Source: Paraphysomonas bandaiensis (lineage: Eukaryota; Protista; Chrysophyceae). Taken from it: 64,000 nt of DNA. Position numbers and translations under genes: made by a program. The DNA lies in assembly GCA_965644295.1 (NCBI GenBank), contig CBFFRP010000133.1, positions 271,843 to 335,842 on the forward strand, written 5' to 3'. Shown piece after piece: positions 46,520 through 60,960 of the stretch; within the stretch, counting starts at the first letter, position 1; every line of letters starts with the position of its first letter. The notes under the pieces are model-generated. The model saw only the letters and a program-made list of their open reading frames with translations, made no database searches and was not told where the DNA came from.

Positions 46520-47857
46520 AAGTGATGGTAATTATTAACTTCAATTACTTTATTTGTCAATTCTATGTAGTATATATCAGTAGTGTTGCTCGCTATCAAT
46601 GTACGGATAGTATCGCTAATGGGATATTCCGTATTCTAAGATTCTAAGGATCGTAAATAACAGCCTTATGGGTCATAAAGAATGAACCATTGTGGATACG
46701 TGCGTACTTAACATATGAATTGCGACTATAGAGGAGAAATGAATAACTCATATTATTGAATTTCACAGTGTTGGTGAATGTATATATATGTATATATCGT
46801 AGTTGCAGAGATATGATGAAAGTAATATTGACAAAGCAAGTCAAACAAAAGTTGGCAAAATAATTCAAGCTATAAGCTGACTTTTCAACGGCAGCAGTAA
46901 ATATTTAATCAATGTTTCTCTTCTTTCATAATGCAATTCCAAGTAGATATGCTTAAGTAGATTACGGTAGTCGGTAGTCTTTTACAATTTATTTGAATGT
47001 ACTGCACACAAGCACGGAAGTAACCTATAAAAATATAAAACACGAAATAGAAAATATCAAGAGTGCTTCTCCTATAATTCATAAACACAACCCGCACGAA
47101 CCGGACAAATTGAAATTGAATGTGTCCAGCAGGAATATGACGATAAAGCGTCATAGAAATCTGCACCCCACGCTCCAAGATTAACAAAGATACGACCATT
47201 ACAACATTGGACATACTAGAAAAACCCACTGGTAAAATATAACCCTTGGAAACTGTAATTGTAAGAGGACTATCCCAGTGAAACATCTACCATAATGATT
47301 GAACTGAAATTCAAACTAAGAAGTCCTCTGGAAGCGTACTGAATGCTGGATATAACATGGACTACTGAATTCCGACGATATGAAGAAATGTAATATCCTA
47401 ACCACGAATGATACACACAAAATGTACTTGTTTGTATCTTCTCTAGTTGATCAGTTGAATCAATGGACATTAAACAGTTTAGAGGCAACTATGCAAAACA
47501 TTGTAAATAATCACATTGACTCATCAAGAAGACGCAGTTGAGACTCTCGACCACACTGTATTTACAGAAAACATACAGATGTAGTAGCCACTCTCCTCAA
47601 ACGCTTAGTCATATACATCTATTCCAGCAGGAATCCGGTGGAGACATAGATATCTTCTAACTACAGTTTTGCTTTCTGTTCATTGTCCTTTAATTCGAGT
47701 ATCGTCCCTGCTTATAGGGTGGAGTATATTTCTCTATCTGACACACTTCTGTCCTTCTTCTATGTAGTTTCCAAATTAACATGCATTCATGATATCTACC
47801 ACGCCAGAGGAGTTTGATATCACCTACAGAGTACTACATACTGTACATATCATGCTA

Positions 47858-50570
47858 GGAAGTAGGGTCCCAACTAATGCCGATTTCAGATTTTTTGGTT
47901 CCTGCTTGTGCCGATTTTTTTATAGAAAAGTGCACGATTGGTATGAAGATTAACTGACTTCAGGCAGATCTCTCATACATACATGCACTGAGTCACACAT
48001 TGCACATAAGGTTGCACATTGTACTGCGCACCATTCATATCAGACAATGTCACAACAGTATCAATGTAAGCTCGTGCCCAATACATAACGTAGGGGCTCT
48101 GAATCCATGCCGTTGTTGGGACCATCGACCAGTCAGCAGTGATATCGCAACAACAAGGGATCTTCCTGACTATGTGCCTCATAGGACAGTAGTGAATCGT
48201 GTACTTTGATCATTGGGAGACTCGCCTTTGCCTGATAAAGTATCTAGGAAGGATGGAAACATACCAACTATGACCAGAGAGAGGTCTCATGGTTGGAGGT
48301 ATGAAACTGGGGTTAAGCTCCTATCTCTACGGTGAATCTTCACTCTGAAGTAGCGCAAAATATTTGTTTGCAAGGTAGTTGTTATTTTGTGCTTATCTAC
48401 TTGTGTATATGTCTACGATTTATAATATCATGTATATCTAGTTGCCTTGTTGAAGGGTGTCATCTCCACAACTGGAAGAGAAAGCATACTGGAAAAGTAT
48501 GGTGCTGTATTGTACACACAAATCGATGATAGGGCACAGTTTCGGGATATTCTTCGGTTAGACTTTGGTAGTACTGAAGATGCGTCCTCTTTTCGCTACT
48601 TCTGCAAAAGACCCTCCAACTACACCATTGTGGATATGGTCTTCCCTCTTGGTCGTACCCAGAGCCATATTTCCAACAGCGTTGACCGCGATATTATGGC
48701 CTCGACGTCTGAACTTCTGGACCGATTAGACGTCTGATCTTCATAAACGATTCATGTAGGAAGTACTACATGTGCATTCACATTCATGCGGTTGGAAGAG
48801 GCCTATTGCGGCAAGAGTTCAATTCGCTCCAACTTTATGGTTCCCGGAAAGCTTTGAATTCCAGTGACGCCAGGCTTCTCCAGACATGGTATTATGTGGA
48901 GCCGTATGAGGGGGGTTCAGACTTCTGCCTTCTCATCAAGAGCACCACGGCATATTTCCATGAGAAGGGCTGGATCACCCCCGCCCGCGAATACTAATAT
49001 TTGTAGTAGTTTATATGTTAATATCATGTAAACGATGTGTGAACTGCACACCTTTACACCTGCCATATGTGAACAACTACACACCACATTTTTCTCCTAT
49101 AAGGGTACTCATTATAAATATCTCCTATACTCATTATTAATTTCTTTTAATACTTAAATCTTATTTCCACTACTACTTACCAGGGTTGCGAAAAAATTAA
49201 TTGGTGAGATGCAAACACTACCCAAGAATCCAATTATTGTCGTTGCAATTAATTGCCTTCTATTCTAGTGCTTGATTTTAACATAGCTTTCACTACTTAC
49301 TTCTGCTAGCTACCTTCGCCCTCAAAAAAGTCTGAATCGTACCTTTTATTCTGAGTTTCTCCGGGAAACTAACGTGAGCCCCATATATAGTAAGCAGATA
49401 TTGTTCTGCCCACTCATAGCAGAATGTTTGTGTGATACACGGGACAAAATAAGTGTCACTTCTCGTATAAACGTCTTTGGGCCTTGACTATTAAACAGGA
49501 ATGGGCCCACCTCAAGAGTATCTGGGGTATTGGACTGCATACTGAAGCCATGCATCCGGGCTATTCACCTTAAGGACAGAGAGGGAAAGTGGCTGCACCA
49601 TGGTGCTTGTGGTGACGCACAAGCAGCTTTCGTAGCGCCAAATAGTAGGATATCTTAGTTAAGCACTAGTTAATTATATTGCTTGGCTACATTAGTGCTG
49701 ACTCTTACACGCCTACTGCTAATAATCAGACATTCACTACTAGCTACTTTCGCAAGAACTATATACTGAATTGATCCGAAGTCACCAATCAGCATCATCT
49801 GAACACTGGCCAGTGGATAGTCCCTTTCCAGCGCTTACAGTGCATTCCAACACGCGCTTCGTCGACAAATGTGTCAAATATAGTGATATATATTCTTTTA
49901 CCATTACTAACATCACCATCACTATCTGAAATGTCGGAATTGCTGGCCATATGATTGCATAGGTGTCAACCTCTAGTATTGAGGTAGGTGCATTGCTTTG
50001 GATTAATAGGAACGTAATGATGATATCATACAAAATTCATACACAATTATGAGTGCACAGTATCTACAGAGCTCCATTCTACAAACATACAGGCTGTGTA
50101 GAGTCATGTGGTGTTTGTATTCCAGGTGATACACACAGTCATGTGTGCTACACAGAGTCTTAAATATCGGGCTACATTCAATGTTTTGAGGGAATTAGGT
50201 CTCGGATTCGAGTCCAGCACTATTGAATTAGTACAGAATGCTGTTTGTGTCCTCAGAGTCACATGGTGTGTTGATGTATCGTGTAGAGTGTGTGACGGAC
50301 TGTCATCAGTGGAGTGAGGCGGGTCATGAAAACCGGCACTAATAGGATCCTAAAAAAAAAGATAACTGAAAAACCGCTTAAGGGCACTCACTTTGGACAT
50401 GAATAACTCGAGATCCAAATCATGAATCAAGGTGGTCAATTATAATGCATCTCACACAAAATCATTCCACATCTGATGACGTATTTGCTAACGTCATCGC
50501 CACTCTGTGACTGAAACTGTGATTGACTGAAAACACCTAAAAAACCGGCATTAGTGGGGACCCTACTTCC
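47858..50570. mobile_element. 2.7-kb TIR element with TA target duplication, containing a nested R1 copy
   Basis: GGAAGTAGGGTCCCAACTAATGCCG (47858) versus CGGCATTAGTGGGGACCCTACTTCC (ends 50570), 1 mismatch in 25; TA on both sides; only short broken ORFs inside. Confidence 0.7.
49355..49758 (+). repeat. Dispersed repeat R1, copy F
   Basis: TTTCTCCGGGAAACTAACGTGAGCC...GCCCACCTCAAG...GACGCACAAGCAGCTTTCGTAGCG...TAAGCACTAGTTA. Confidence 0.88.
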
Positions 50571-50793
50571 TACACGAATATATATATATGGAATACCTTG
50601 TACATGCATAGTGTATACATCTAGATTGCTTGTATACGTGTAGTCAATCTGATATAAAAATATAAAAATATAAAAATATGGATTTTTGATAAATAAAAGC
50701 GCAGAAGGAATAAAAATACCTCACAATATGAGAACTATTGAAAGCTCTGTTGTATATAGTATACAGTGGAGTACCGATACCTGAATATACGGA

Positions 50794-50945
50794 CGTATCG
50801 GCAGTCAGCATCATATTTTTTCGGAAATAAATTGAATCAGAAATACTCTACATTACTGTAATACAACTACGGCTGGAATACAGATAATTGTTGTCTCAAT
50901 ATTAGAGGCATCTCTGAACAAAAATATACACAGGATGCCGATACG
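50794..50945 (+). mobile_element. MITE R2, copy 3 (152 bp)
   Basis: TIR CGTATCGGCA...TGCCGATACG; 2-bp TSD GA. Confidence 0.88.
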
Positions 50946-51149
50946 GATAATTTTGGGAGGATGAAAGTGGTTCGAGTAGCAGGTCAGTAGAGCAGACCAT
51001 GCATGCATGCATGACACGACCTGCTGAAGTAACTATCGCGACTCTATTCGAATTATTTAATTCTTTCCACCTCAAGTCGCAGTTCTGAGCTGAAGAGTGT
51101 GCGCATAAGATTAAATCAAAGAGATCTCTGCGGGAAAGTGTGATCTACT

Positions 51150-54100
51150 ATGGACGGAGCTAATAGAAGGAAGTCAGTAAGCCGCCCTCAGATGGACCCC
51201 TTAACAGAGAGCAAGACACATCAGCATCAGACAAATGAAGATATGAAAACAACGAATCAGATTGAAAACTCTGAAGTGGTGTTGATGGCTATCGCACCCG
51301 CTGTACTCGTTTTGCTTGCATTTGGCGGCAAACCATCCTTGATAGCTTTGTGCTTCGGGACTATGTTCGCTTACGTTTTTGATATTTTGGGAGCGATGGA
51401 GGTGAGTAGGTATAAACTGACTAGTAGCGTCTAATGCGTATGTTCATAGGCAACTGTTCTTACTATAATAGTCACCCTGATGTGTTTGTGGGGGACGTTA
51501 CTCTTTGCATCACGTCTTCTCCTTGAGGACTCTCTGCTCAACATTGGAATACTGGTCGTACTAACTATTATTCTAATGCATATATTTTTTGCATCTTCGA
51601 GTCAATTCAGAGCAATGAGACAGGAATTTGAAAGTGGGTACTGCTTTATCGAAAGCGTGATGGTTTGTACGATTCCTCTCATTGCCAGCGTGGTTCTGAC
51701 ATGGTTTATGTGTGTGGAGTTCCCGACTTTAGATTTGTCTCATACATTTGCGGCAGTCTACTATGTCTATCTCCTAGTTTTACTTTCACCTCGTACGCCC
51801 ACGCGCACAACTATAAAACACGACAGTACTCCTGTCACTTGGTGGGGCGGCCCTTACGTGTTGTCCTTGCCAATGGTGATCGCAGCCTATGCAGTTCCAA
51901 TTATTCTCTGCCCTGCTCTTCATATTACACTGCATCATAATGTCCCTATGTCAACCTCTAGCCACAGAATATTTGACTTGATCGCTTCATTTCTGTTTCC
52001 TCTGATTTTGGTTATACTTGCAGCTGAGAAACACATTACGTATTGGCCTGAATCAGCTCGAAGTCATATCTCGAGAAACCTGTTTCTCTTGAAATTGATA
52101 TGTGCTGCTGCACTTACTTTATGTCTACAAACGCATCCATTCTTTGAAGAAATAAAAGATTTTTCTGGAATTGAAGAGCCGTTTGTATCCGTAGCTATTC
52201 TTGCCATGGTGTGTCTGGTGTTGATCGCAATTTATATTCATCGATCAAGTGGTAGAGGGAATTCAAGTGGGTTTGAACTTTTTTTGCTCCATATTACATA
52301 ATTGTACTGTCCTTTATTTAGAATTTGATGTTCACTCGAGTGATATATGGAGCGCTGCCCTGACAGATGGTTGTATCGTTGCCGCTATTGTTTTAGCTGC
52401 AGGTAATCAATACTTGAGCTTTCATCGCAATCATAATTGGTACAGGAATTTTGGGAGTATTGAATGTTCAAAACCGTGGCGAGTTGTTGTACAACGCACC
52501 TAATATTGTTGCGGGTGCTTTTGCTATTACCGAGTATTACCGCAGTAGTGCTTCGCAGCCACCAACTGTTTTCACGGTGGGCAAGAGTACATGTCTCCTG
52601 ATGTAGTGATAATATGATTTAGCAGGTTGCAAAGAATGCAATATGCCTCTTGTACGCAGCATTTTCGGCTGGTGTTGTCTTGTATATGTTTACACGAAAA
52701 CATTTGGAGTTCTTGGACTTTACGATACCTTGGCAGGGCTACAATGTACATGTGCAGACACTGTGCTGTGTGGCGTCCTTTTTTGGCAGTGTTGCAGTTA
52801 TCATACCGGCGTTATTGCGTAATTACGCGAAGACTGATGCTGGAGCTCTGGGACACATTCCTAGTTCTGGTAAGATCAATATAAATGTTGAGTGTAGTTA
52901 TTGTACCTACGTAGGTATGTCGGTTCATCATGTACCTCGCATATCGAAAGGACTTGGTTCTTTGCTGCTCCTCTTTATAAGTTTCTTCCAAGTATCATTG
53001 GAATTGATGATTTGTGAGCAGGTATTTGATGTACACAAACATGTACGTTTTTTGCATAAATGTGTTATATATTATAGGACTGGAGTACTGTCGTTCCACC
53101 GAATGAATCACAGTCATCTGCTGATGTAATATATCCCACATATGTATTTGTTGGTTCCTCGGCATTGTTGTGCATTAGCTGTGCTCGATTGTTTTCGATT
53201 GGAGCCATCGGGTAAGCATCACACATGACCTCATATGTGCGAAACAATAATCATTACTGTGTAAGGGCAAGTTCATGCACTCTGGTGTGTGTTATTCAAA
53301 GCTGTAAGCTTCTTCATCTCGTTGGAATACCGTCAACAGCCTGTTTTTCCGTAATGTTTCTGATTGGTTCACTGGCTTTGCCGTTCGTTGTGCATTTTTC
53401 TACAGGCTGGATTGAACGTTTACTGGATAGTAGTGACGCTGATATTGGGATCATTTCGAGTACACCACAGCTTTCAACTTTTGAGATGTTTTTTTATCCG
53501 CTGGCGACAGGGTTTTCTTGCTACTGGTCGTCCACGAATATATTCCCTGTTCTTTTGACTGTGTGGATGGAAAGGCAACCGTCTGTGATGCAGAGCAACG
53601 CTCTGGCGATGTCTATTTGGTTCTCTTTTTGTGCCGTACTTGTACTTGTTTATTGTCGCAAATCGGCACTGCTCAGAAGGTTCGTCGTTTTTTACACAAT
53701 TTTGGTGTTTGTGTTAACATTTCCATTAGTGTACTATGCTTGTTGAGTGGAGTTTGTTTGCTCATTTCGAGTGGTGTCCAAGGTCCTGTAAATATAGTAT
53801 ATGATTCCGGATCACCAATTCTGTTCAGTCTGCAGCCTTCGGATTTTGATGGCGATAATAGAACCAATAGCGGAGGGATATATATACTTTTGAGTGCATT
53901 ACTTTGCTTTTCTGCATTCTCTGGGGTAATGCCTCTGAGATCGCTCCTTCAAAGGGTATTGTTCGTGGCCCTCTTTGCGTACTGTTCCGCAAAATGTTTA
54001 GAGGTATGGGCTTTTCCAGCTGTAGGATACGAAAGTGGGATTGAGCTATTTAGCCTTCCGTGGCTTTGCTGCATTATTTGTAGCCTGCTGGGCACATCGA

Positions 54101-54945
54101 CAGTACTGCATACATCGGCTGCACCTTCCCTTTCAGGCGGCTGGCTTCTTGCTCTGTTCTTGTGTTCTCCGTTTGGCTTTCTGATATGGATTCTCTTATC
54201 ACCTGAATACGAACATTATGTTGATGGTATTTGTTGGGTTGCGTTAATTTCATTTGGTTTTACCACAGTTTGCTGCCGGATGTTAGAATTTTCCAGGTCT
54301 CATGATACATTCATTAATTCTCACCGGGCAGTTTCTAGGAATAATTCAGTTGGATCGACGTCAACATTTCCGGATGTTGTGTGTACATTATGCTCAGTTG
54401 CAGCATTTGTGTATGGATGCGTGATCTGCATAGCGCTGTCTCATCATACTCGATGTGACTTCGCAATACCAACACTTTCGTTGATTTTTCTGACTGTTCG
54501 TTCTGGTGCCCTCCTAACTCGAACATCATCGATTACTCTCGCTACTGGCATTTCGTCGTTTTGGTGGACGTTGTCAGCAGTTTATTCATTGTTTCTCTCT
54601 GATATTGATGGGCTAAGCTTTTTGCATGGTTTTGTCAATGAAGGCGAGACGAAGGGTTTTTTTGCAGAGGCAAATATATCTTTATGGAGCAATGATGGGA
54701 CCTTATGGATTCCTTATATTCATATGGTGATGCTTGTTTTAACTTTGCCATCCATTGTTCTGTCAATTGCGCGCTGGAGTGATTCTGAGGACGTAATGTT
54801 TGTGTCCTCACTCGTCAGTTGTTTGCCATTCGTTGGTGCACAGATTTGGAGCATTCGGTTATTGGGTATTACAGGCGCATTGTATGCAGCGTGGACCTGC
54901 TACGACATTGGTTATACACACAAGAAGAGCAGCAGAACAATCTAG
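51150..54945 (+). CDS. Large multi-pass membrane protein similar to plant NO EXINE FORMATION 1, multi-exon
   Basis: APAVLVLLAFGGKPSLIALCFGTMFAYVFD, SSQFRAMRQEF...IESVMVCTIP...LTW and YYVYLLVLLSPR parallel the recalled NEF1 N-terminus; many hydrophobic segments. Confidence 0.72.
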
Positions 54946-55579
54946 GAGTAAAATATTTGAAAGAATAATAATTAGTATACTTAGATAGAAGAAGAAGAAG
55001 AACGAAACCTCAACTGGACTTTTAGTATTGTTTCAATGATAATTAGGGCTAATCATAAGTGATAACCAAAAGTTTTTCGTTTTTTTGTCCCCTCTCATAG
55101 GATAAGTACGGGATTTTGTTTACCAACTGCAAAAACCTGCAACTGTTAAAACATCTCAACACTTGTGACACTTACATCTACACTGCTGATCAGTCAATTC
55201 AATATAAAATTAAAGTGCAGGTAATTGGCATTAATTGCCACTTGCTGACAACTAACAATGGTTTCAGGAGCCACTCAAAAGCGCACGAAAGGGACTAAAA
55301 GGAAGCGCACGAGAAATGCTGCTGCCGACGCCTGTAAGCTTAGAGAGAAAAGACCATGGCGTTTGATTCATTTCGACAAAGAGTCATTCAAGCGGCCTCA
55401 TGCTATACGCGAGAAACGCCATCTGTGTTTTAATGTGCGATAAGGGGGTCGATTTTCTTGAAGTTTTTACCTCCTGCATTTGTCACTAAGATTGCATCGA
55501 AAATTTCTACACATGAACTAAGATACTTCAATAGATGGACACTGCGGTTAAGGTTAGTGTTAGGCATAGAGTTGCGTTG

Positions 55580-55676
55580 TAACATAACATATATAACATA
55601 TCATATATACCATACTATCATAATATGTTATATATGATATGTTATATATGATATGGTATATGATATATGATATAGT
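55580..55676. repeat. AT-rich simple repeat (ATATG-based) with an orientation switch near 55622
   Basis: catat units followed by atatgatatg units. Confidence 0.85.
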
Positions 55677-56614
55677 AGTTGGAGTATGCGTAGAGCTAAA
55701 TGATGATTCGGTATAGAAGTCTTCGAGTGATGGAAATGAAAGTCAACGTGCACATTCGTTTTTGTTACAGTGATTATGTTTTCAGTTATTGTACATGTGT
55801 GACTCTGTAGGGTACGAGTGAGAGTGTACAGTAGAACATGATCAGTTGTGGTATTATTGTGTTGTAGGGAGACACCATAATTTCCTATCACTAACGATTT
55901 CTGTAGTATTTGCAAAGAGACTAACGACTGGGGTTGTGGGGATAATGGGCATTGGACTATGTCTTGACACATCATGCATATACCTTGTTGTCATGTCTGC
56001 AGATGTCTTCTTACTACGTGCTGTGACGTCTGATCTTATAGAGTGTGTAGCGGGTACTATTCAACCACACCTCTAGGCCCTGATAATTAATACTTATTAT
56101 GACTTCATTCCTAGAAGAAGAAGTGACTTAACATAGCAATCTTGCACTTACAAGCTGGCTCTACACTCATTAGCATCATATCATACTTCTCATATTCTCT
56201 AACCGCTCAGACGGTCCCATACATTGCACTACAATCCCTCCCTACGTACTTATATACGCACCATGCGTACTGCAAGGCGCGTACTTATGCACATGTACCA
56301 CACGAGATGTAGACGTATACACAGGTACACCACCATATACCTCTCAGTCTAACCTTCTCCTTAACCATATATGGGGTCTAAACGACAACAATAGCATATC
56401 TTTCATTATTCTACCTACAACTCACATTTTCCAGTCAAATGACGCATCTCAGAATCGTCACATTTCCCCCGAATCCACGACCTGAACAGGTCTAAACAGT
56501 TTAAGCACCTCGTGACCAGGTTCATGAAAAGCTAACACTCAGAATTAGAAATATGTCAACCGTATTTGATACTTGATTGCTCTAATAGTTCACATTCCTG
56601 TTTCTGAACCGCTC

Positions 56615-58543
56615 CTATACAGTATACTGGTCACTATGTACTGTATACTCGATCTGACCACCACCTGGGTCACCTAACCCATTCATCCACCGAAGATCCA
56701 TATCAACAGCATCATCTACGATAATGGTTATAACCCCACCGTCTCCTAGCGTCGCTCTCGTCCTTTGCATCTGCCAGGTCCCGTTGAACTTCCTCTCTAT
56801 ACCCTCATGCTCCTCCCGTGCATGTCTTAGCCGCTGACTTTCTCCAAATCTCGTCCACACACCTCTTCGTATCACGATACAAACAGATAAAATCTCATGG
56901 CACCCTGTTGATTGCTCCTCTTTGAATAATACGCCTGACCACTTTCCCATCTCTACTGACGCTTCAGTGTCTGAAACACTGTCCTGCTTATTCCCTAATC
57001 CTTCTTGTATGCTGATGTTTTCATTCCCTATATTCTGTTCAACCTCCATAATTTGCTGAACGACATGATCGGACAAATCATCTTCTTCCTACCCTACATA
57101 CTGGACTTCCTCTCTCAGCTCCGCACTGCTCCCTTCAGGTGTAGCTCTCACGGATACTTCCAACGGCCTACCTTCCTCAATGACGTGACACTGTTTCCTT
57201 ACTATCGCCTGGACTCCACGAACTCCTCCCTCTCCATCCCGACAGCACTCGGTCTCTATCTGTAACTCATCAGACCTCCCACCCAATTCTTCACCTTTCG
57301 TTTGTTGAGAACTACACAGTGAGCCTTCGTTACTTCTACAACCAGGCTCATACGTCCCCCTTTGTTGATACCAACACAACCAACATCGTCGAGCGGAATA
57401 TGGTGCTGAACCCTGTCGAAGAATATAGCCTGCTGCTGGCAACTGTCGCACTGTCGATCATATATATAAAGATCTGATTATTACAGGAGAGAACTACTTT
57501 GTTTTTAGCTATCTACGACTTTAGACTAGTGGTATCAAAGTTGCTAAATACTGAGTTGTCTCGGGACTGCTTGTGCATTGCTGACTGTCGATCATAAGAG
57601 GGAGCTGGAACAACTCTTCCTACTCCCAGTTCTATATACGGCTGTTGTCTTCTCATCCCTATTATATATCTACCTGTCGCGAGATAACCCACTCTAGTAG
57701 CACATTCCTCGGGGTCTCCTCCGTACTCCAACCCATTGCCTTCATTTCCTCGTGAAACACACTCTCCTGATATTCCTCTCACTCGGAATTATCCCTAACC
57801 ACCTTGATTCTTTATCTTCACTATGCATAACTCCCTCTACATCTTGACGGTGTTCAATCTCCATCTGTAACTCATCAGGCCTCCCACACAATTCTTCACT
57901 TTCCATTATTCTCTCCCTCACGTTCTCCATCTCTCTCCTCACCAGCCCCTCACCCTGCCTCGCATATCTCTCTTGTCGCTCTGGTTCCGCTGGCTTCGCC
58001 TGATGCAGTAGCATATTTATCTGAAGCAATTCCTTCCTCTCCTTGGGTAGTTCCACTGGATGAGATGCTGCAGGAATCTCGTCTTGTATCCATCCTCCAT
58101 CTCATCCCCCTCTCTCTACATCCTTATCGGCTCTCCTTTGTTCACTAGACCTGCTCCTTATACTCCAGCCGCCCTCCTGTGGTAATATCTCTTTTCCCCT
58201 CGTCTTCCCCCTAAGACTCCTGTTTCCACTGCTGCTAAGTCCTCCATGACTGGTGTATTCTGATGGTCTCCTCCCATCTCCTCCCTACTGGACTGCCTTC
58301 TTGTTGCTGTCCTTGCTCCTACGTACTTCACTGGTGACTTCATACCCTCTTCCATGAGCCTCTCCCCTGCCTGACTTCTCCGATACCCGCACACCTGTGA
58401 CCACGTGGCATCTCGCGTGCCCTACTTACGTGGCTATAGTGCGTTACTACAAGTGATACTTCAAGTCTATAATGTTGTGCTTGGAAGCGCAGAGCGCGAC
58501 TAACTATTAATAACGCATTCATCAGCAGACAACAAATAATCAC
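56615..58543 (-). mobile_element. Decayed purine-rich coding remnant, possibly retroelement gag-like
   Basis: Short charged coiled-coil ORFs with an internal duplication (EELCGRPDELQMEIE / EELGGRSDELQIETE), lying in the TE cluster; no diagnostic motif. Confidence 0.3.
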
Positions 58544-58816
58544 TCATATTATTATTCATAGCCAAACACAGAAGTAAAGAACTCGTTCCACGATGACTAA
58601 AGCCTCAAGCTTCTCTCATACCTGAACCAGTACTCGGACTGCAGCTCTTCAGCATTGAATAGGACTCCTAGCATGGCAACCCAGCCTCAGCGACCAGTAT
58701 GTCAGAGACAGGCCATGCAGACCCTCACACCCGCATCGGAAGTATTGCACAGACCCTACATACACTGGTCACGGGTAGAAGGTGCATCCAGAGACTATTA
58801 CCTCCATTTGTGGGTA

Positions 58817-59106
58817 ATATATGATATGTTATATATGATATGTTATATATGATATGTTATATATATTATGATATGGTATGTATGATATGGTATATATGAT
58901 ATGGTATATGCGATATGATATATATGTTAGGTTTATATGATATGGTATATATGATATGTTATATATGATATGCTATATACGATATGTTATATATGATATG
59001 GTATATATGATATGGTATATGCGATATGATATATATGTTAGGTTTATATGATATTGTATATAAGATATGTTATATATGATATGTTATATATGATATGTTA
59101 TATATC
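58817..59106. repeat. ~14-bp minisatellite (TATATGATATGKTA-like)
   Basis: Directly visible; same motif as 55622-55676. Confidence 0.92.
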
Positions 59107-60960
59107 TTGGTGTCCAGCAGGTTCCCTTCACGGCCACTGACACTGTCTCGCACAAGTGGTGTCTCGACTACATCGCCGCCACCACCATCTGTCTCCGACA
59201 CAAATGCGCCACACCCGACTGCAAACTACTAGTCCTCAACATGCAAGTCCTACCTACCCTATATTACAAGGCCGCAAAGGCCTCTCCTGGACTTACAACA
59301 AATACCTCGAGATTCACAGAGCGTACGCCCAAGCGGCCGCGCAATACTTCGTCTGCCCCCCGGATACCCCACAGCCCTCATTTACCTGCCCACCACGTAC
59401 AAGGGCTTGGACTGCGCAAATTCTCGACTCATGCGCAACTCCAAAAATGGCACACCCTACAACGGGCAATTGCACTCGGCAGACAACCAATGTCCGAGGC
59501 CCACACCCTCCTGCAACGCGCACCGCACCTCCCCCAGATAATTGACACCTTCATACAAAGTCTTGTCACCTGGGGCTCCCAACTTGGCATTCGATTCACC
59601 AGCCCCCGACCAATACAGAAACACAATAAATGATATCAGATCTCGACTCGCACTACACGACGACCCACCACATACCTAAGGCGCCTTTTTCACAGATGAA
59701 TCGTACAAAAGTACAGACCTCACCCCTGCACACTTGCTAGGTGACTCACACCCCCAACCCAATACACATTCGGGGGGTGCCGCAATAGTCTGGCTCCCGC
59801 CGAAACACCAATGAACCAACACAAACGTCAAAATACTTAGACTCGCCGCACCTCATACGGACACCCCGAGAATACACGCCTACTGCTATGAAACTCGTGC
59901 CACCACGGCAACCCTTACGGTGACAGGTTCCTCCCACTACACAATCTCCCTCTGCACAGACTGTCAAGCCGTCCACACTAGAGCTGCAGAGGCCCTCTCT
60001 GGCTCACGGAGAGCACTTGGTTCTAAATCCCAAGGTATATTCTACAAATGTTTAGCTGCCCCTACCCACACTAGACGCCCCATACACTGGGTACGCTCGC
60101 ATCCAGAACGTCACACCACTGACAAAACCAAATGGACCTTTCGAGAAATGGGTATCTTCATTGCTGATGCGGCAGCAAGTGGACATTGGAAACCTCTTGA
60201 TGATCTCATTGGAACCCGTAACGTCACCACGGCCAACGTCCCTCAGCTCATGGAAGACTTTCTCACTGCCGGACAGTGGCACTGGCGTCGCTATGACATA
60301 CATCTCCACTCCGACATAGGACCACTTCTCGGGGACGCACTCGACCTTAGCTTCAAACACGACCTCCAGCAATACACCACCACCCGGGACGGTGTCTACG
60401 GCCCCCTTTCGAATTGTGATCCCCTTTACTGGACACAGAGCGGAGCAAGGCTACCATATAAACTCCACCCTCTCCGCACCAACAACACCCCCCGACAGTG
60501 CCCGAGAAACTGACTATACGTCTGGGAGGAGATATTCACAAATGGTCGGAACGTGCAAAAGGAAAACAAGAGAACGAAGCTACAGCTGTGCGAAATGTAC
60601 CGACTGCAACCATGACCACGACAGCATCGCACATATATATGGTCCTAGAGTGCTCTCACCATGAATGACGTCGCACAAGCAAGGGAAGAAATATACCACC
60701 AACACCGCCAGGCCATTGACAAAGCCAAGAACATCAAAGTCCGACCACGGTTTTCCACTGTTCTCACCAAAATCTCCTCCGCAGCCTGGAATCCCCCCAA
60801 GTTGAGAGATACTGGACGGCCTCCCAACTAGCAAACGCATTCGGCCACCACATCTCCACTGCCATACAACCCCAGGAATTCCACCAGCTCGAAAAACTAA
60901 TAATAAAAATACTCAGATCACTTTACAATGGCTTCCGCATGCTTAAGGACAGAGGAAGGC
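59107..60960 (+). mobile_element. Degenerate 3-prime part of a non-LTR retrotransposon with RNase H and a zinc knuckle
   Basis: RNase H-like motifs FTDES (~59689), AYCYE, LCTDCQAV, IHWVRSHP...GIFIADAAA; C-terminal CTDCNHDHDSIAHIY; C/A-rich strand bias; frameshifted. Confidence 0.7.

Noticed and set aside
46600-47800. Short ORFs on both strands after PAC2
   Set aside because: No recognisable motif or consistent splice model
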